Positions 8,787-17,475 of a DNA stretch of 31,686 bases are shown piece by piece; the first letter of the stretch is position 1; every line of letters begins with the position of its first letter. Both the position numbers and the translations under genes were made by a program. The notes beneath the pieces were generated by a model. That model had not been told where the DNA came from. It did no database searches and saw only the letters and a list, made by a program, of their open reading frames with translations. The DNA comes from an uncultured Oscillospiraceae bacterium (GTDB lineage Bacteria > Bacillota > Clostridia > Oscillospirales > Oscillospiraceae): contig CANRBW010000001.1 of assembly GCA_947628975.1 (NCBI GenBank), positions 1 through 31,686 of the forward strand, read 5' to 3'.

Positions 8787-9914
8787 ATGACACATTATCT
8801 GGACTACGCCGCCACCGCCCCCGTCCTGCCGGAGAGCGCCCAGGCGGCGCGGGACGCCCTGGACAACTTCTACAACCCCTCCTCCCAGTACCCCCCGGCC
8901 AGAGCGGCCGCCGCGGCGCTGGCCGAGAGCCGCCGGACCATGGCCGCCGCCCTGGGCTGTCAGATGGAGGAGGTGTTCTTCACCTCCGGCGGCACGGAGG
9001 GGGACAACTGGGCCCTGGCCTGGGCCGCCCAGCGCAAGCGGGGGCACATCCTCACCACCGCCATCGAGCACCCCGCCGTGCTGGAGGGGGTCAAGGCCCT
9101 GGCCCAGAAGGGATTTGAGGTGACCTACCTCCCGGTGGACTCCTCCGGCCACATCCGGGTGGAGGACTTCCAGGCCGCCCTGCGGGAGGACACGGTGCTG
9201 TGCTCGGTGATGCTGGTGAACAACGAGCTGGGCACCGTCCAGCCGGTGGCCCGGTGCTGTGCCCTGGCCAAGGCCCACAACCGGGACATCTTCTTCCACA
9301 CCGACGCGGTCCAGGGCTTTCTGAAGCTCCCCATCCGGGTCCGGGACCTGGGGGTGGACGCCCTGTCCCTCTCCGGCCACAAGGTGGGCGCGCCCAAGGG
9401 GGTGGGGGCGTTCTACCTGCGGGCGGGGAGCCGGCTCAAGCCCCTGCTCCTGGGGGGCGGACAGGAGAGCGGGATGCGGGCGGGGACCGAGTCCACCGTC
9501 CTCATCGCCGCCCTGGCCGCCGCCGTCCGGCGGGGGACGGAGGACCTGGAGGCGGAGCGGGGCCGCCTGGCCCAGCTCCAGGACTACGCCGTCCGGCGGT
9601 TGAAGGAGACGGTGCCGGAGCTGGAGATCATCTCCCGCGGGGACGTGCCCCACATCCTGGCCATGACCCTGCCGGGATACCGCAGCGAGGTGGTGGTGCG
9701 CTTCCTGGGGGACCGGGGGGTCTACCTCTCCTCCGGCTCGGCCTGCCACAAGGGCAAGCCCAGCCACGTCTACGCCGCCCTGGGCCTCCCCAAGCCCTGG
9801 CTGGCCGGGGCGCTGCGGGTCTCCCTGGGCAAGGGGAGCGGTCGGGAGGACATCGACGCCCTAGCCAAGGCCCTGGAGGAGGCCAAGGCGGTGCTCTTTC
9901 CCAGTATGTCCTGA
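8787..9914 (+). CDS. Cysteine desulfurase family (IscS/NifS-like, PLP-dependent)
   Basis: YLDYAATAP, FTSGGTEGDN, HTDAVQ, SGHK (PLP Lys), RAGTE, SSGSAC (catalytic Cys). RBS AAGGAGG before ATG 8787. Confidence 0.92.
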   Translation: MTHYLDYAATAPVLPESAQAARDALDNFYNPSSQYPPARAAAAALAESRRTMAAALGCQMEEVFFTSGGTEGDNWALAWAAQRKRGHILTTAIEHPAVLEGVKALAQKGFEVTYLPVDSSGHIRVEDFQAALREDTVLCSVMLVNNELGTVQPVARCCALAKAHNRDIFFHTDAVQGFLKLPIRVRDLGVDALSLSGHKVGAPKGVGAFYLRAGSRLKPLLLGGGQESGMRAGTESTVLIAALAAAVRRGTEDLEAERGRLAQLQDYAVRRLKETVPELEIISRGDVPHILAMTLPGYRSEVVVRFLGDRGVYLSSGSACHKGKPSHVYAALGLPKPWLAGALRVSLGKGSGREDIDALAKALEEAKAVLFPSMS

Positions 9915-9995
9915 GTCCGGCGCGGCCGGTCTCCTTTCGTCGATCCCACCCGCCCCAGGCGGGCCACACCAAATTTTTTTCAGGAGGGAACGCCC

Positions 9996-10364
9996 ATGCA
10001 AACCGTCCACACCGACAAGGCCCCCGCCGCCATCGGCCCCTACTCCCAGGGGTACGCCGCCGCCGGACTGTTCTTCACCTCCGGCCAGATCCCCGTGGAC
10101 CCCGCCACCGGGGCCATCCCGGAGGGGATCGCCGCCCAGGCCGAGCAGAGCTGCAAGAACGTGGGGGCCATCCTGGCCGCCGCCGGGTCCGGCTTCGACC
10201 GGGTGGTGAAGACCACCTGCTTCCTGGCCGACATCGGGGACTTCGCCGCCTTCAACGAGGTCTACGCCCGGTTCTTCACCAGCCGCCCCGCCCGGAGCTG
10301 TGTGGCGGTGCGGGACCTGCCCAAGGGGGTGCTGTGCGAGGTGGAGGCCATCGCGGAGCTCTAA
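9996..10364 (+). CDS. RidA/YjgF-family reactive-intermediate deaminase
   Basis: APAAIGPYSQG, FTSGQIP, FNEVYARFF, PARSCV, VEVEAI-type C-terminus. Confidence 0.93.
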   Translation: MQTVHTDKAPAAIGPYSQGYAAAGLFFTSGQIPVDPATGAIPEGIAAQAEQSCKNVGAILAAAGSGFDRVVKTTCFLADIGDFAAFNEVYARFFTSRPARSCVAVRDLPKGVLCEVEAIAEL

Positions 10365-10398
10365 AGACCGGAGTCCTCCCCGCCGCCCCGCGGACAGA

Positions 10399-10440
10399 CA
10401 AAGCGCCCCGGCCGCCTTCTCAGGCGGCCGGGGCGCTTTT
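10399..10440. terminator. Bidirectional terminator between convergent genes
   Basis: Perfect 18-bp stem AAAGCGCCCCGGCCGCCT / AGGCGGCCGGGGCGCTTT with A and T tails. Confidence 0.85.
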
Positions 10441-10460
10441 ACTCCGTCGCGACGGTCCAA

Positions 10461-11534
10461 TCAGGAGAGTTTCAGGTCCCCGTCCTTGATCCAGCCCAGC
10501 TTCCGCAGCAGCAGGCCGAACAGCCAGGTGAGGAGGGCGGGGAGGACGAAGGAGATCAGGATCAGCCCCACCCAGTCCATGGCGCCGGGGGCGATGGCCT
10601 GGGCGCCGTTGGCCAGGGCCTGCTCGCTGGGTTCCAGCCAGCCGGTCCAGACCCCGATCTGGCCGCACAGGCCGCAGGTGCCCATCCCGGCGTTGATGGG
10701 GTCGCCGTTCATCTGGAGGTGGAAGACGCAGGTGGCCAGGGGGCCGGTGATGGCGCTGGTGAGGATGGCGGGGAGCCAGATCCGGGGGTTTTTGACGATG
10801 TTGGGCATCTGGAGCATACTGGTGCCGATCCCCTGGCTCACCAGGCCGCCCCAGCGGTTCTCCCGGAAGCTCATCACCGCGAAGCCCACCATCTGGGCGC
10901 AGCACCCCGCCACGGCGGCGCCCCCGGCCAGGCCCACCAGCCCCAGGGTGTGGCAGATGGCGGCGGAGGAGATGGGCAGCGTCAGGGCGATCCCCACCAG
11001 CACGCTCACCGCCATGCCCATCCAGAAGGGCTGGAGCTGGGTGGTGCGGTTGACCAGGGTGCCGAAGGCGTTGGCCGCCGCCCCCACCGGCGGGGCGATG
11101 AGGTAGGCCAGGGCCACCCCGGCGGCGATGGTCACCGCGGGGGTGACCAGCAGGTCGATCTTGGTCTCCTTGCTCACCGCTTTGCCCAGCTCCGCGGCCA
11201 GGATGGCGATGAACAGCACCGCCAGCGGGCCCCCCGCCCCGCCCAGGGAGTTGGCCGCCTGTCCCACCGCGGCCAGGGAGAAGAGCACCAGGGGCGGGGC
11301 CTGGAGGGCGTAGCCGATGGCCACGGCCATGGCCGGGGCGGACATGGCGCTGGCGAAGCCGCCCATCTCCACCAGGAGGTCCACCCCCAGCTGCTGGCCC
11401 AGGGTCTTGATGATGGTGCCGATGAGCAGGGAGCAGAACAGCCCTTGGGCCATGGCCCCCAGGGCGTCGATGCCGTAGCGCCGGGCGGAGATGACGATGT
11501 TCTTCCGCTTGAGAAACGCCTTGAACTTTTCCAT
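10461..11534 (-). CDS. PTS-IIC-like integral membrane protein (PTS_EIIC_2 family)
   Basis: DALGAMAQGLFCSLLIG, LPISSAAI, GCCAQMVGF, GIGTSMLQMPNI and AGMGTCGLCG motifs; many TM segments. ATG 11534 has RBS GAAAGGAAG. Confidence 0.85.
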   Translation of the reverse strand: MEKFKAFLKRKNIVISARRYGIDALGAMAQGLFCSLLIGTIIKTLGQQLGVDLLVEMGGFASAMSAPAMAVAIGYALQAPPLVLFSLAAVGQAANSLGGAGGPLAVLFIAILAAELGKAVSKETKIDLLVTPAVTIAAGVALAYLIAPPVGAAANAFGTLVNRTTQLQPFWMGMAVSVLVGIALTLPISSAAICHTLGLVGLAGGAAVAGCCAQMVGFAVMSFRENRWGGLVSQGIGTSMLQMPNIVKNPRIWLPAILTSAITGPLATCVFHLQMNGDPINAGMGTCGLCGQIGVWTGWLEPSEQALANGAQAIAPGAMDWVGLILISFVLPALLTWLFGLLLRKLGWIKDGDLKLS

Positions 11535-11557
11535 ACCGTATCTTCCTTTCCGCCCGG

Positions 11558-12328
11558 TCAGTCCAGCACTTCCTGAAAGCCCGGGCACAGGTTGGGCCGC
11601 TTGGGATCCAGCATTCCCAGGGCCCCGTGCTCCCGAAGGAGCCGGTGGAGCTCGTCCATGCCGTATTTCAGCTTGTACTCGATCTCCTCCTTATAGCAGG
11701 GGATCACCTCGTAGAGCATGACCCGCTGGCCGTCCTCCGCTGTGAGGCCGCCCAGCGGCCCGTCTCCCCAGCCGAGCACCACGCCGCCGAAGCCCACGCT
11801 GGGGTCCAGGGGGGCGTAGTCCTCCCCGTTGGGCACGGTGTGGGCGTAGGCCAGCCAGGTCTTGTACTGGTGAGGGAACCGGGCCAGGAAGCTGAGGGTG
11901 GCCAGCGGCCAGAGGGCGGAGGAGGGGAGGTCGTCCCCCGCCCTGTCCAGAGGCCAGTCCCCGGGGAGAAAGAGGTACAGCTCCGCCCGGGACAGGTCCA
12001 CCTTGGCTGCCTTGACCACCTGGGGAGGCAGGGGCATAGGCAGGTCGCTCATCCCGGTGGTGAAGACCACATAGAAGGGCTGTTCCCTGGTGGGCTCCAG
12101 GACGTGGAGCGTCACCTGGACGTAGTCGGCGAGGAGGTCCCGGCAGCACCGGTGGCTCCGGCCGGGAAAGAGCCGGAGGAAGTGGTCCTGGACCTCCCGG
12201 GCGTAGACCCCCGCCCGGTCGGGCAGGTGGAGCTTGTCCGCCTCCTCCGGCGAGGCGTAGCGGTACACCGCCGTCCCGTCCGGGGCGGTCTCCCGCCGCC
12301 GGCTCCGCCAGCGATCCAGCAGACTCAT
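11558..12328 (-). CDS. Suppressor-of-fused (SuFu/SUKH-associated) domain protein
   Basis: HVLEPTREQPFYVVFTTGMSDLPM, AELYLFLPGDWP, WPLATLSFLARFPHQYKTWLAYAHTVPNG and LYEVIPCYKEEIEYKLKYGMDEL match the bacterial SUFU pattern. ATG 12328 has RBS AGGAGG. Confidence 0.85.
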   Translation of the reverse strand: MSLLDRWRSRRRETAPDGTAVYRYASPEEADKLHLPDRAGVYAREVQDHFLRLFPGRSHRCCRDLLADYVQVTLHVLEPTREQPFYVVFTTGMSDLPMPLPPQVVKAAKVDLSRAELYLFLPGDWPLDRAGDDLPSSALWPLATLSFLARFPHQYKTWLAYAHTVPNGEDYAPLDPSVGFGGVVLGWGDGPLGGLTAEDGQRVMLYEVIPCYKEEIEYKLKYGMDELHRLLREHGALGMLDPKRPNLCPGFQEVLD

Positions 12329-12360
12329 GAGATCCCTCCTGTTCAAGCGCCGTTTTCCGC

Positions 12361-12389
12361 ATTATGACAGGCTCCGGGGAAAAAGTCAA
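12361..12389 (-). promoter_or_regulatory. Sigma-A-type promoter for the SuFu-like gene
   Basis: Minus strand TTGACT-N17-CATAAT with TGn extension. Confidence 0.65.
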
Positions 12390-12406
12390 GCCCCCGGCCC
12401 CGGCGG

Positions 12407-12435
12407 GCATATCCGGCCCCGGGCCGGCATAGGCT
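12407..12435 (+). promoter_or_regulatory. Candidate sigma-E (mother-cell) promoter for yabPQ
   Basis: GCATAT-N15-CATAGGCT resembles the sigma-E consensus; yabPQ is sigma-E-controlled in B. subtilis. Confidence 0.45.
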
Positions 12436-12457
12436 CCAGGGAAAGGGGGACAAGACG

Positions 12458-12736
12458 ATGAGCATGGAAAACACCGCGGCCACCGCCCACCGGGTGGTGC
12501 TGGCCGACCGGACCCGCCTGGAGATCACCGGGGTGGAGGAGGTGGAGAGCTTCGACGAGGGTGAAATTATTATGTCAACCAACCGGGGCCAGTTGGTGGT
12601 CCGGGGAGAGGGGCTGCACATCGGGACGCTGAGCCTGGAGGGCGGCGCGCTGAAGGTGGACGGGACGGTGGAGAGCCTGAGCTACGAGGACACGCCGGAG
12701 GAGCGGGTCGGGCTGCTGAGCCGCCTGTTCCGATGA
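12458..12736 (+). CDS. yabP: Sporulation protein YabP
   Basis: HRVVLADRTRLEITGVEEVESFDE...TNRGQLVVRGEGLHIGTLSLEGG...LLSRLFR; synteny yabP-yabQ-divIC-yabR. Confidence 0.93.
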   Translation: MSMENTAATAHRVVLADRTRLEITGVEEVESFDEGEIIMSTNRGQLVVRGEGLHIGTLSLEGGALKVDGTVESLSYEDTPEERVGLLSRLFR

Positions 12737-13443
12737 CGGCGGAGCAGGCCCTGGGCAATCTCCCCGCCGACCAGGCCGCCGCCTTCGGCGGGGCGCTGGC
12801 CCTGGGCTTCGGCCTGGGGGTGGGGTACGACCTGCTGCGGCTCCTGCGCCTGGGGCGGGGGAGCCGGGTGTGGGCGGCGGTGCTGGACAGCCTGTTCTGG
12901 TGCGGGGCGTGCGCCGCGGCCATGCTCTACACCGTGGCCTGCACCAGGGGCCGGGTGGAGGTGTACGCCCTGTGCGCCATGGCCCTGGGGGCGGCGGCCT
13001 ACTTCCTGCTGGCCAGCCCGCTGGTGCGGTGGGGGGAGGCCCTGCTCCTGCGCCTGGGGGAGCGGCTGTGGTGGGCGGTGACCGCCCCGCTGGTCCTGCT
13101 GGGAGGGCGGATAAAAAAATTTTGGATTTTTTTCAAAAAACGCTTTTCTTTTTGGGGAAGTTGGTTTACAATAATAAGGCAACTTGGGCCCAAGTCGGAA
13201 AAACGCGGGCGCAAAAGACGACCGGAAGGGGGGCGAGGCTGGTATGAGAGTGAAACGGGCGGGGATGCTCACCAAGCTCCTCATCCTGATCTTACTGGTC
13301 GCCACGGTGACCACCTACCTCAACCTCCGCAAGGAGCTCCGGGTCCTGTCCGACCAGCGGGTCACGCTGGAGCGGCAAAACGCGAAACAGCGCCAGGAAA
13401 ACGACGCGCTGTCCGCCGCCATCGCCCAGAAGGACGACCCTGA
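12733..13443 (+). CDS. yabQ: Spore cortex protein YabQ (3' end uncertain; as read it overlaps divIC by 200 nt)
   Basis: ATGA overlap with yabP; hydrophobic GVGYDLLRLLR...LDSLFW...GRVEVYALCAM...YFLLAS; synteny. Confidence 0.8.
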   Translation: MTAEQALGNLPADQAAAFGGALALGFGLGVGYDLLRLLRLGRGSRVWAAVLDSLFWCGACAAAMLYTVACTRGRVEVYALCAMALGAAAYFLLASPLVRWGEALLLRLGERLWWAVTAPLVLLGGRIKKFWIFFKKRFSFWGSWFTIIRQLGPKSEKRGRKRRPEGGRGWYESETGGDAHQAPHPDLTGRHGDHLPQPPQGAPGPVRPAGHAGAAKRETAPGKRRAVRRHRPEGRP

Positions 13444-13522
13444 GCGCCTCGCCGCCGTGGCGAGGGAGCGGCTGGGCTATGTGGCTCCCGGAGAGATCGT
13501 CTTTTACGACAGCGGCAACTGA
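13244..13522 (+). CDS. divIC: Septum formation initiator (DivIC/FtsB family)
   Basis: Short basic N-terminus, TM helix, coiled coil and conserved AVARERLGYVAPGEIVF; lies between yabQ and an S1 protein. Confidence 0.85.
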   Translation: MRVKRAGMLTKLLILILLVATVTTYLNLRKELRVLSDQRVTLERQNAKQRQENDALSAAIAQKDDPERLAAVARERLGYVAPGEIVFYDSGN

Positions 13523-13564
13523 CCGGGGACGAGAATTCTTGGGAGAGAGGATCAGAAAGAGCGT

Positions 13565-14008
13565 ATGGAGTTTGGAGTCGGTTCTATCGTAGAGGGCAAG
13601 GTAACGGGCATCACCAAGTTCGGGGCGTTCGTCTCCCTGCCCGGGGGAAAATCCGGATTGGTACATATTTCCGAGATCGCCTACGCCTACGTCAACGAGG
13701 TCTCCGACCACCTGAAGGTGGGCCAGGAGGTGAAGGTGAAGGTCATCGGCATCGACGAGTCCAACCGGATCAATCTTTCCATCAAAAAGGCGCTGCCGCC
13801 CCCGCCCCGCCAGAGCGGAGGCTCCTCCGGCCCCCAGGGCCGCGGCCAGAGCGCGGGCTTCACGCCCAAGCAGCCCCCCGCCCCCGCCTCCTTCGAGGAC
13901 CGGCTCAAGCAGTTCATGCAGCAGAGCGACTCCAAGCTGTCCGAGATTCGGGCCGCCGACCGCCGCAATACCCGCCGGGGCGCCGGCGGGAGGGGCCAGA
14001 GCCGATAG
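13565..14008 (+). CDS. S1 RNA-binding domain protein (YabR/YugI-like)
   Basis: VEGKVTGITKFGAFVSLPGGKSGLVHISEIA...INLSIKK, C-terminal SFEDRLKQFMQQSDSKL. Confidence 0.92.
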   Translation: MEFGVGSIVEGKVTGITKFGAFVSLPGGKSGLVHISEIAYAYVNEVSDHLKVGQEVKVKVIGIDESNRINLSIKKALPPPPRQSGGSSGPQGRGQSAGFTPKQPPAPASFEDRLKQFMQQSDSKLSEIRAADRRNTRRGAGGRGQSR

Positions 14009-14034
14009 GCTCCGGACGATTCAGAACACACACG

Positions 14035-14070
14035 AAGGGCCTGGGGCGGATCGCCGCTCCAGGCCCTTTT
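14035..14070 (+). terminator. Intrinsic terminator of the yabP-S1 operon
   Basis: AAGGGCCTGGGGCGG-ATCG-CCGCTCCAGGCCCTT followed by TT. Confidence 0.8.
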
Positions 14071-14132
14071 CTATGCGGATGGGACGGCCGGGCCGCCCCG
14101 TCCGCCGTTTTTTGGTCCGCCGCGGCCAGCGC

Positions 14133-15962
14133 CTACGGCGCGAGCCCCGCGCCGCGCAGGTCGTCGCGCACGGTGTTGCGCCGCCGCTCCTGAAGGGCCT
14201 CGATGGTGCCCGGCACCGACTCCTTCACAGAGGGGGCGGCGTCCAGGTCCCGCTCGCCCTGTTCCCGGGTAGCCGCCGCGAAGGGCGCGGTGAGCAGGGG
14301 GTTGTCCCGCCCGAACCGCTCCTGGAGGTCCCTGCGGTAGATTGCCTGCTCCCGCTCCCCCATGGGTCGGGCCTGCACGTCGCCGGGGAGGTTGTCGGCC
14401 ATATCCCGCTCCAAGTGGTGGAGCGTTTTCATGTAGGAGTACATCCGCTTCCCGCTGTCCTGGACCGCGTCCTCCCCCTGGCCCATGACGATGGCGTCGC
14501 GGTGGGAGGCGTAGGTCAACAGGGTGGGCAGCACGTTGTTGTAGTATCCAGACAGCCGCTCATACTCCTTGTCCTCCTTGTCCTCCGGGTCGAAGATCTC
14601 CGGCATCTGCTGGATCAGCTGGGCGCAGTCCTGCATCATGTTCATATCCTTGTAGAGGTCTTTGCCCCCCAGGCGGATCACGTCCTCCGGGTGCATCTGG
14701 CTGAGGGAGATGCCGTATTTGTGCTGCACGCTGCGCAGGTGGCTCAGGTAGATCTTCTTCAGCTGGCGCGCGCCCTTGTCGAAGCGCTGGTCCGCCTCTT
14801 CCACCGCCGAGCTGTCCTTAAAATCCAGGTCTTTCCGCTGGCCCGCCAGCAGGTCGTCGTACATCTCGGTGATCTGGTCGTCGTCCATGCCCATCTTCCG
14901 GCCCTCGTTCACGGCCCCGGCCATGGAGCGCAGATAGTTCAGCCCGTTGAACTGCCTGGACTGGGTGATCGCCCGGCGCTTGACGTCGGCGTCCTCCAGG
15001 TCGATCCCATCTTTCCACTGCCGGCCCGAGGCGTTGGACAGATTGGTGTCGATACTGTTGTACTCCTCATCGTTATAGCGCCGGCGGAGGGCGGTGACCA
15101 GGTCCTGGCCCTCTTCGTTGGCGTCGAGTTCCGCCTGCGTCTGGCCGCCCAGTTGGACGAGGTGGAGCATGAGGCTGACGTCGCTTCCCAGGGGGCCCTG
15201 GTCGGGGGCGACCCGCTCAGGGCTGGGCACGGGGGCGGCCGCCCTGCGCGCCTCCGCCTCCTGGCCGTACTGCTCCCGCAGCGCCCGCTTGGCCCGGCTC
15301 CTCTGGATAAAGTGGAACCGGGAGGGCAGCTCGGTGATCAGGTCGGGGCTGGAGATCAGACCCGCCTCGTCGTCCTGGCGCTGCTGGGCGCGGTTGCGCT
15401 CCAGCTGGATCTCCTCCTCGTCGCCCTTTTTGGCCTGCATCACCCCGCAGGTCACCGGGGAGACGCCGGAGCCGGAGATGGGAGTCACCGGTCCGGAGTA
15501 GACCGGCTCCCCCGCCGCGGCCATCTGGCCCTCCCGATCCGCCCTGGCCTCCAGGGCGGGATCGCGCAGCAGGCCCCTGCCGCCCCGCTCGCCCCGCGCC
15601 TGGCTCACCACGTGGGAGAGCTCGTGGCCGATCAGCTCCTGCCCGGCGGCGGAATAGGGGTCCAGCTTGCCCGGGGCGAAGGCCACGCTCTGGCCCATGG
15701 TCACGGCGTCCGCCCCCGCGTCCGCCACCGCCTGGCTCTGGTAAAAGCTCACCTGGGGGAAACCCGTCCCAAACGCCGCCTCCATCTTCTCCCGGACCGC
15801 GCCGGGCAGATCCACCCGGCTGCCCATCTGCTCCCGGCTGGGCTCGGCGGCGCCGCCGGCCAGCTCCGCGATGGAGGGGCCGGGGGCGCCGGTCTGGCCG
15901 CCGTCCCGGAGGGCCGGGGAGGGCTGGGCGGCCCGGCGGCGGTCCATATAGGTCTGCGACAT
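14133..15962 (-). CDS. DUF4157 (eCIS core) domain protein with an unrecognised helical C-terminal region
   Basis: LPGAVREKMEAAFG...ADAVTMGQSVAFAPG...GQELIGHELSHVVSQ (HExxH) followed by a VMQAKK motif. The remaining ~440 aa were not recognised. Confidence 0.85.
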   Translation of the reverse strand: MSQTYMDRRRAAQPSPALRDGGQTGAPGPSIAELAGGAAEPSREQMGSRVDLPGAVREKMEAAFGTGFPQVSFYQSQAVADAGADAVTMGQSVAFAPGKLDPYSAAGQELIGHELSHVVSQARGERGGRGLLRDPALEARADREGQMAAAGEPVYSGPVTPISGSGVSPVTCGVMQAKKGDEEEIQLERNRAQQRQDDEAGLISSPDLITELPSRFHFIQRSRAKRALREQYGQEAEARRAAAPVPSPERVAPDQGPLGSDVSLMLHLVQLGGQTQAELDANEEGQDLVTALRRRYNDEEYNSIDTNLSNASGRQWKDGIDLEDADVKRRAITQSRQFNGLNYLRSMAGAVNEGRKMGMDDDQITEMYDDLLAGQRKDLDFKDSSAVEEADQRFDKGARQLKKIYLSHLRSVQHKYGISLSQMHPEDVIRLGGKDLYKDMNMMQDCAQLIQQMPEIFDPEDKEDKEYERLSGYYNNVLPTLLTYASHRDAIVMGQGEDAVQDSGKRMYSYMKTLHHLERDMADNLPGDVQARPMGEREQAIYRRDLQERFGRDNPLLTAPFAAATREQGERDLDAAPSVKESVPGTIEALQERRRNTVRDDLRGAGLAP

Positions 15963-16019
15963 CCCAGCTCCCCTCCCCTTGGCGCGGGGCTACAATGACC
16001 CCGATTTTATCCTAGTCTA

Positions 16020-16047
16020 AGTATACCGCCCCTGGGGGAACTTGCAA
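16020..16047 (-). promoter_or_regulatory. Sigma-A-type promoter for the DUF4157 gene
   Basis: Minus strand TTGCAA-N16-TATACT. Confidence 0.55.
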
Positions 16048-16149
16048 CAGTTCCGGCACAAAAATCCCCAAAATCACGCAAACGGTAGGCGGGCGGTACA
16101 CCGCCTGCCCACCGCCTGTTCCGGGGCGGCTCCGGGGCCGGGGGAGGGC

Positions 16150-16178
16150 TTGCCCCCGGCGGCTTTTTTTGCTACAAT
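16150..16178 (+). promoter_or_regulatory. Sigma-A-type promoter for amidohydrolase-fumarase
   Basis: TTGCCC-N17-TACAAT. Confidence 0.5.
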
Positions 16179-16336
16179 GGCCATAGAAAAGGGCGCGGAC
16201 CCGCGGCCCGCGCCCGAGGGAGGCGAACGCGCCCCCGATGGGAGAATGGAAATGAACGTGGGTCAGCGACCCATGGCCCCATTGTAGCACCCCGCGGGGG
16301 AAAACCCCGTCGAAATCCGCGCCAGGAGGGAAAGGT

Positions 16337-17475
16337 ATGCGCATCATCAACGCCGTGGTCCACCCGGTGGACGCCCCGCCCATCCCCCAGGGCTTCGTGG
16401 CCTGGGAGGGGAGCGGCTGGCCGCCCTGGGCCCCATGGACGCCCTGCCCCAGGGGGACTGGGGGGAGACGCTGGACGCCCAGGGGGGCCACGTCACCCCC
16501 GGCTTTCTCGACGCCCACTGTCACCTGGGCCTCTTCGCCGACGCCCTGGGTCCGGAGGGGGAGGACGGCAACGAGGACGCCGACCCCGTCACCCCCCACC
16601 TGCGGGGGTTGGACGGCCTGGACCCCATGGACCGCTGCTTCGCCGAGGCCCTGGCCGCCGGGGTGACCGCCGTGGTCACCGGGCCGGGGTCCGCCAACCC
16701 CATCGGGGGGCAGATGGTCTGCGTCCGGACCCAGGGCCGGGTGGCGGACCGGATGGTCCTCCAGGCCCCCGCGGCCATGAAGCTGGCCCTGGGGGAGAAC
16801 CCCCGGCGGACCTACCGCCGCCGCCGGGAGAGCCCCGTCACCCGCATGGCCACCGCCGCCCTGATCCGGGGGACGCTGACGCGGGCCGCGGACTACGCCG
16901 ACCGGCTGGCGCGGGGGGAGCGGCCGGAGCCGGACCCCAAGCTGGAGGCCCTGCTCCCGGTCCTGCGCCGGGAGGTCCCGGTCCACATCCACGCCCACCG
17001 GGCCGACGACATCGCCACCGCCCTGCGCCTGGCGGAGGAGTTCGACCTGCGGTGCGTCCTGGTCCACGCCACCGAGGCCCCCCTGATCGCCGACGCCGTG
17101 GCCCAGAGCGGCGCGCCGGTGATCGCCGGGCCGCTGCTCACCGACCGCTCCAAGCCGGAGCTGCGCCACGCCCAGCTGTCCGGCCCCGCCGCCCTGGTCC
17201 GGGCGGGGGTGCGGGTGGCCCTGTGCACCGACCACCCGGAGGTCCCCATCCAATACCTGCCCCTGTGCGCCGCCCTGGCGGTCCGGGGCGGGCTGACCCA
17301 GGAGGAGGCCCTGGCCGCCATCACCCTGGAGCCGGCGCGGATCCTGGGCCTGGACCGGCGGCTGGGCTCCCTGACGCCGGGGAAGGAGGCGGACCTGGTC
17401 CTCACCCCCGGCCCGCCCCTGGACCCCACCGCCGCCCCCAAGGCGGTCATTCTCAGCGGAAGGAGGGTGGTGTGA
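16337..17475 (+). pseudogene. Metal-dependent amidohydrolase, frameshifted at the G4 run 16408-16411 (real mutation or sequencing error)
   Basis: RBS AGGAGG and ATG 16337 give MRIINAVVHPVD...; adding one G restores WEGERLAALGPMDALP and a 379-aa protein with DAHCH, KLALGENP, HAH, HAT and TDHP motifs. Confidence 0.85.

Noticed and set aside
14133-15962. eCIS locus
   Set aside because: No sheath, tube, baseplate, spike or AAA ATPase genes in the window; only the DUF4157 domain.
16084-16113. Imperfect palindrome GGTAGGCGGGCGGT-AC-ACCGCCTGCCCACC between divergent promoters
   Set aside because: No U-tract and no second copy noticed; it cannot be assigned as terminator, operator or REP.
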